NCBI GenBank assembly: GCA_009859145.1
Contig: VRVR01000063.1
Coordinates: 70,983-129,233, forward strand
Length of the DNA stretch: 58,251 nt
Source: Andalucia godoyi And28
Lineage: Eukaryota > Protista > Jakobida
Direction: 5' to 3'
This document shows positions 53,730-58,251 of this stretch, one piece after another; within the stretch, counting starts at the first letter, position 1, and each line of letters starts with the position of its first letter. Position numbers and translations under genes: made by a program. The notes beneath the pieces were generated by a model. The model was not told the DNA's origin. It saw nothing but the letters and a program-made list of their open reading frames with translations, and searched no databases.

Positions 53730-53860
53730 CGTGCATTCACATAGCGCGGTTGTCTGATGGTGAGAGATTGCAAATTTCGTTTCTGCAGGAACACGCGAGG
53801 CTGACCATCAAGAGCAGTGATGTTAGGGATTGGATCAGGGAATCTCCGCACTCCCAATGA
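53730..53860 (+). pseudogene. Short Crinkler-like kinase C-terminal relic
   Basis: IARLSDGERLQISF...DV..W corresponds to LADLSDGERLQVCL...DVLSW. Confidence 0.55.
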
Positions 53861-54605
53861 CCAATAGCGATTTGAAACTCTTCCACATCATCGAAATCTG
53901 ACGAACGGCTCCAGATATCGAATGGAGAATTGCCACCCACTGCCTACCATCAATGGATCGGCTAATCTGTAATCATAATCTATAATCAACTGGATTCAAC
54001 GCAACTGGGAGATTCGTCTTGCAGGCCGAGCACTTTTGCGGCAAGAGAATTGGGCAACACCCGGAAAAGGACCATACAGGCAAACCCTACTGCATGCCCA
54101 AACCATTTTCTGCCGCCACATATGATTTCGTTGTGCTTCGATGTCGAAGCAAACCTTGCTCGATGGTGGAATGCCCTCGCCGAGTGGTCACTGGTGGTCT
54201 TCTTCCTTCTTGCGATTGCATTTTCTCGTGAGGATCAAAAAGAATGGAGGCGAAGAGAAGGAGGCTGGAAGATGGCTCTGTGACCGAGAATGATGATGCA
54301 TTCATTTTTTTTAAATATTTTTTTTGAGGATCGTCGTCGCAAAGTACGGCACGCCTGTGAGTATTCGGGGGAGATCTGCGGGGGGGAAAAAAAACGCGGC
54401 CTTTCATTAATTCATTTATCGCTTGTCCATGCACCAAGCATCGTTCCCTTAGTTCTGTGGGGAAAAGGCGTGAATGAAACTGGTCATTTGTGGAGGTATT
54501 ACAGCAGCACATACTGATGGTTTGCGAGCTGCCAAATGAGCCTCTCCAAACGCGGCATGAAGTACTTCCTTTGGAATCACGTGGACTGCAGTTGTGCGTA
54601 TCACT

Positions 54606-56645
54606 TTACAAACCATCCCTGGGAACTTCGGGTGTTTGGTTTGATGGAGGCGACCCATTCTCTTCCAGCAGGGATTCCGTGAGCATCTCTTGACCTCCAG
54701 GGCGCCGTCTCGCTCGCCACTTTCGTCGGATGTGCCCAAGTAGCCTCCAAAGCATGACCGTAGAGAATCCAATGTTCATGAGAAACACCAGCGCTCCTGC
54801 TCCTTCGACATCTTCCACGGCCAGCACTTGCGATTGCACAGAGCACACGAGATTGACAAGCAGAATTCCGAGAGAAATGATTTCCAGAGAATTCTCTGCA
54901 CGACGCTGAAAGGGAGTTGCGACGGCTTGAACACTGGCTGCGCCCACGAGCACACATGCAACCGGCATCGTGCGAAATTCAGAGAGCAGTCGGATCGTGA
55001 CGTATGCAGCGACAAACAGGACCCGACGGAGCGTTACAACGAGTTACCACCATTTTCTGCTGGGTCGATACGAACCAAATAACAACGAGTACACATGCAT
55101 CCTACGCGTTTCTTGCTTTGCACTTTCTGACAGGACACCGCTTCTCCAAACGAAAACGTCAAATGCCCTGGAATGACAATGACATATGCAATGAAAAGCA
55201 CCGCAGAGACGGCTTGCAATTCTGACGAACAGCGCTCATTGGGATAGAACACGAGGTACGACTTGCCATCGCCAACATCCGTGATGCATGACAGCGATGC
55301 GAGAATGGCAGAGACGGAGCTCATGAAATAAACAAGAACAAGAAAATGGCAGATCCGCGACATCGGTCAAACCACAGCTTTTGGGATGGAAGCGATCGTG
55401 CTCGCAGTCTCAGCGCCCCCAAAGACCCAATGAGCACAACGATAAACACGGAGACGAAAGGAGCTGCAACGGACAAGATATAACTTGATGTGTACGTCCA
55501 GTCGCGGAAAAACATTCGGGTCCTGCAAGAGAAAGTGTACTGGCAGACGATGCTCCGTGGGTGACGCTGTACAACCCACTGGACATTGGTGCTCGGATGA
55601 AGAACAATGCCTGCCAGAAAAACAAAAGCACTTTCATGACCGCGGAAGAAGACGAGCCCATGAAAAACGACCATGCCACCAAACCAACCGCAGCAAGGAT
55701 GACGATCAACGCAAAAAATGCTAATCCAACAGAGTTTGGGCACTCAACGCAACGATCTCCTGTTCTGAAATACCCAGAGGAACATTTCAAGCAGAGCCTT
55801 CCGTCGTAACCAGCTTTGCAAAAACGGTCGGAGGTGGACTCGCACGGTGTCAAATCAGTTCCTGCGTGCGCGCAAACTTCGATTACGGTTGGATAGGAAA
55901 CATTGTTCATCATGTCATCGTTCACCACTGGCGGAGAGGCAGAGTACCCTTCCTGAGCAATTACATTGCCGCTCTCACGTTATGCAAGGGAGATGTTTCC
56001 AAATGGGATGACAGTTTCACTTTTGAAAGAACAGTCAGCATTCGGCAGGCAAGACAGACAATTCGGTGGCTTCCCAAAGAACCCTGGTCGGCACACACAG
56101 TTCTTGAAATCAAAAAACGAAGGATCCGCTTGGAATGCAAGACGGCCAACCGTCGATTGCACACACGTCATAATGGTGCTGAAAGGATAGCTGGTAGTTG
56201 GATCAAAGACGAACTTCTGTTGGTTTGAAAAGGACAGAAGAGACCTCCAAGCATTTGAGTTGTTGGCGATGTCGAACGAGGACAACAATGGAAGAGCAAA
56301 GACATTGTCCAGATCGACAGAAAGATCATTCGACGAGACATCAAGAGACGCAAGACCCGTAAAAACGGCAGAATTTCATAAAACGAAACAGAAGAAAACG
56401 AACAAGTGCTACCACCGGAATACACATAATCAAACGGAATGAACGATGCAGGCATCTTAACATCCTTCAGTGTCAACGAGGTCAGTGAATACGCACTTGA
56501 AATACAGCAATATCCCCCACAGACCTTGTGATCAACAATGCCAGGGATTCCGGTGATCTCGCTTCCAGAAAGATCCAGAGTCTCCAGCTGCGACTCGACT
56601 GCGACAACGGTATCGATCCGTTCAACTTGTTGGAATGCATATCGC
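54606..56645 (-). pseudogene. LRR/multi-TM receptor paralog 2; 5'-deleted, with several frameshifts and stops (55980-82, 55044-46)
   Basis: Fragments collinear with 31970..35260: SNKLNGSIP, LETLDLSG, CVCRPGFFGKPPNC, EVCAHAGTDLTPC, FFWQALFFIRAPMSSGLY, AENSLEIISLGILLVNLVCSVQSQ. Confidence 0.9.
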
Positions 56646-58089
56646 AGCCTGTTCGATTCCTGTCGGCATGGTGGAAAAGACCTCGAATTTCTCCCTGGTG
56701 TACCCGCAGAGTGGGAATGTGATTGCGCAGTCCGGATACTACGCGTCTCCGCCCGTGACCTGGGAGCAAATGATGAATAACGAAGCCTACCCAACGGTCA
56801 TGGAGGTCTGTGCGCAAGCCGGAACGAGCCTTACTCCTTACCAGCCTTCCGAAAGTGGGTTTTGTGCCGAGGGCTACGAAGGGCGTCTGTGCTCATCGTG
56901 CTCAGCAGACTACTTTGCCAGCAGCGATCGATGCGTTTCTTGTCCCAATTCCGTGGGTCTGGTGTTCTACGGCATGTTCTTGGTAATCCGTGCAATTGGT
57001 GCACTCGCATGGTCGTTTTTGGTGGGAGTTTCTTCGTCCGGCATTGTCAAAGTCTTTGTGTTCTTCTGGCCGGCACCCTCATTCATCCGAGCACCGATGC
57101 CCCACGACCTGTATGTGATTTCGCACGGCGTTTCCGCTGCTGTCACGTTGACAATCGCCGGTCCTGAATGTGTTTTCCGTGACTGGAGCTACATGGACGG
57201 ATACTTGAACCCCGCTCTTTCTCCAGTTGTTTCCGTGTTCTTCATTGGTTTAATCTGGAGTGTTGGGCATTTCATTATCCACTTTCGACGGTAGACCATG
57301 GAAGGATTGTCGCTGCAGCATTGGACAGACCGATGCTACCGGGCTGCAGTGTTCATGCTTCGCTTCCAGTTTGTCATGTCCACCATCCTTGCTCCTCTTG
57401 CGTGTACGACGGACCCGGGCGACGGAAATGCATACATGGTGTTCTATCCCAACCAGAAATGTTCGCAAGACCTGCAGGTTGTATCTGCACTCTTGCTGCT
57501 GCTGTACTGCGTCGTGTTTCCTGGCCTTGTGTGGTAAATTGTGCGGAAGAGTGGAGTCCTGACTGTAGCTGCTGCTCCTATTGCAGGTGTTGGTGAGGAC
57601 GGCGATGGCGATGGTGATGGAGATGGCTATGACAATTCTCGGGGACGCTATGTGCTGTCATTGTTGATTGGATCGTATTCTGAGAAGAATCGATGGTGGA
57701 AAGTTGTTGTAACCGTTCGAAGGGTACTGTTCGTTGCTTCCTTTGTGACAATTTCCCGGTTCTCCTGGTTCTGTGGCTTTCTCGTCTCTGCTGTTCTTGT
57801 ATTTGCTATCGTCGCACAAGCGTTGCGCCTTCCGTTTCGACGGGTCTCTCTCAATTCTCTCGAAACCGCATCTCTTGCAATCTTGCTGATGAACCTGGTG
57901 TGTGAACTGCAAGGAAGTATCGTGGGAGTCTTGTACGTGAATGATGTCGGAGCTCTTCTGTTCCTCGTCAACGTGTCCTTTTCCATTTTGTGCATTGTCC
58001 TGCAAGTATATCACCTCTTCAAGCGCCATCGCGGTTATGTTGAGGTCTCCGTGAACACCAGTGTCAAAGAGCTCACTATCATGACCTGA
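56644..58089 (+). pseudogene. LRR/multi-TM receptor paralog 3; lacks all LRRs, with in-frame stops at 57292-94 and 57535-37
   Basis: QSGNVIAQSGYYASP, CAEGYEGRLCSSC, FIRAPM, GPEC, DPGDGNAYMVFYP, GSYSEKNRWW..VVTVRR, NSLETASL. Confidence 0.85.
57596..57633 (+). repeat. (GATGGN)n hexamer run encoding a DG repeat, absent from paralog 1
   Basis: gaggacggcgatggcgatggtgatggagatggc. Confidence 0.7.
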
Positions 58090-58123
58090 TGTGCCATTGG
58101 AAAAGACATTTGATGATCCATGC

Positions 58124-58161
58124 ACATCCATCCGTCCGCCCGTCCGTCCGTCCATCCATCT
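58124..58161. repeat. Compound (CCAT)/(CCGT) tetranucleotide microsatellite
   Basis: catccatccgtccgcccgtccgtccgtccatccatc. Confidence 0.8.
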
Positions 58162-58251
58162 GTTTGTATACTGTGTTGTTGTTGTTTTTTAATTTTTTTA
58201 ATTTTCATTAAAATTAAAAGTATTAATTGAGTGATTTGTTTTATTATTATT

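Noticed and set aside
1-58251. Alternative genetic code (stop-codon reassignment) to explain the in-frame stops
   Set aside because: The stops align to inconsistent residues (W/Y, K, E, Q, F). Long intact ORFs of 500-1100 aa contain none, and TAA, TAG and TGA all end clearly complete genes.
1-58251. CRISPR arrays, rRNA, tRNA, transposase or reverse transcriptase, telomeric repeats
   Set aside because: None seen by eye; tRNAscan, Infernal and RepeatModeler runs would be needed to exclude them
1-58251. Fungal or bacterial origin of the contig, or a named species
   Set aside because: Spliceosomal introns exclude bacteria. The LRR-multiTM, IPT/TIG and GT77 content points away from typical fungi, but no marker gene is present to name the organism.

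Overview
Gene-dense, intron-poor eukaryotic nuclear DNA of about 50% GC. It is probably from a unicellular eukaryote, which I cannot name; short GT-AG introns are visible. The window has two regimes. (1) About 1-29 kb: a cluster of general-stress/dormancy-type genes. These are a large-subunit KatE-type catalase, a YhdF/GSP39-like short-chain dehydrogenase, three KGG/Con-10-like small proteins, a stand-alone CBM20 protein and an alpha/beta hydrolase fused to an unknown domain. They are interleaved with seven GAL4-type Zn2Cys6 genes of two subfamilies, several of them head-to-head with a neighbouring gene. (2) About 30-58 kb: a birth-and-death island of Crinkler-like PD-(D/E)xK nuclease+kinase genes (2 intact, 3 relics) and LRR + Cys-rich + multi-TM receptor-like genes (1 largely intact, 2 broken and fused head-to-head). 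This part also has surface/secreted proteins, a GT77-like glycosyltransferase, a truncated APC permease, a DUF4246 gene and an unknown protein with an internal domain duplication. Many genes carry single-base indels or in-frame stops, so decay and assembly error both need testing. I saw no rRNA, tRNA, CRISPR array or transposase. All family assignments come from motif recognition, not database searches.
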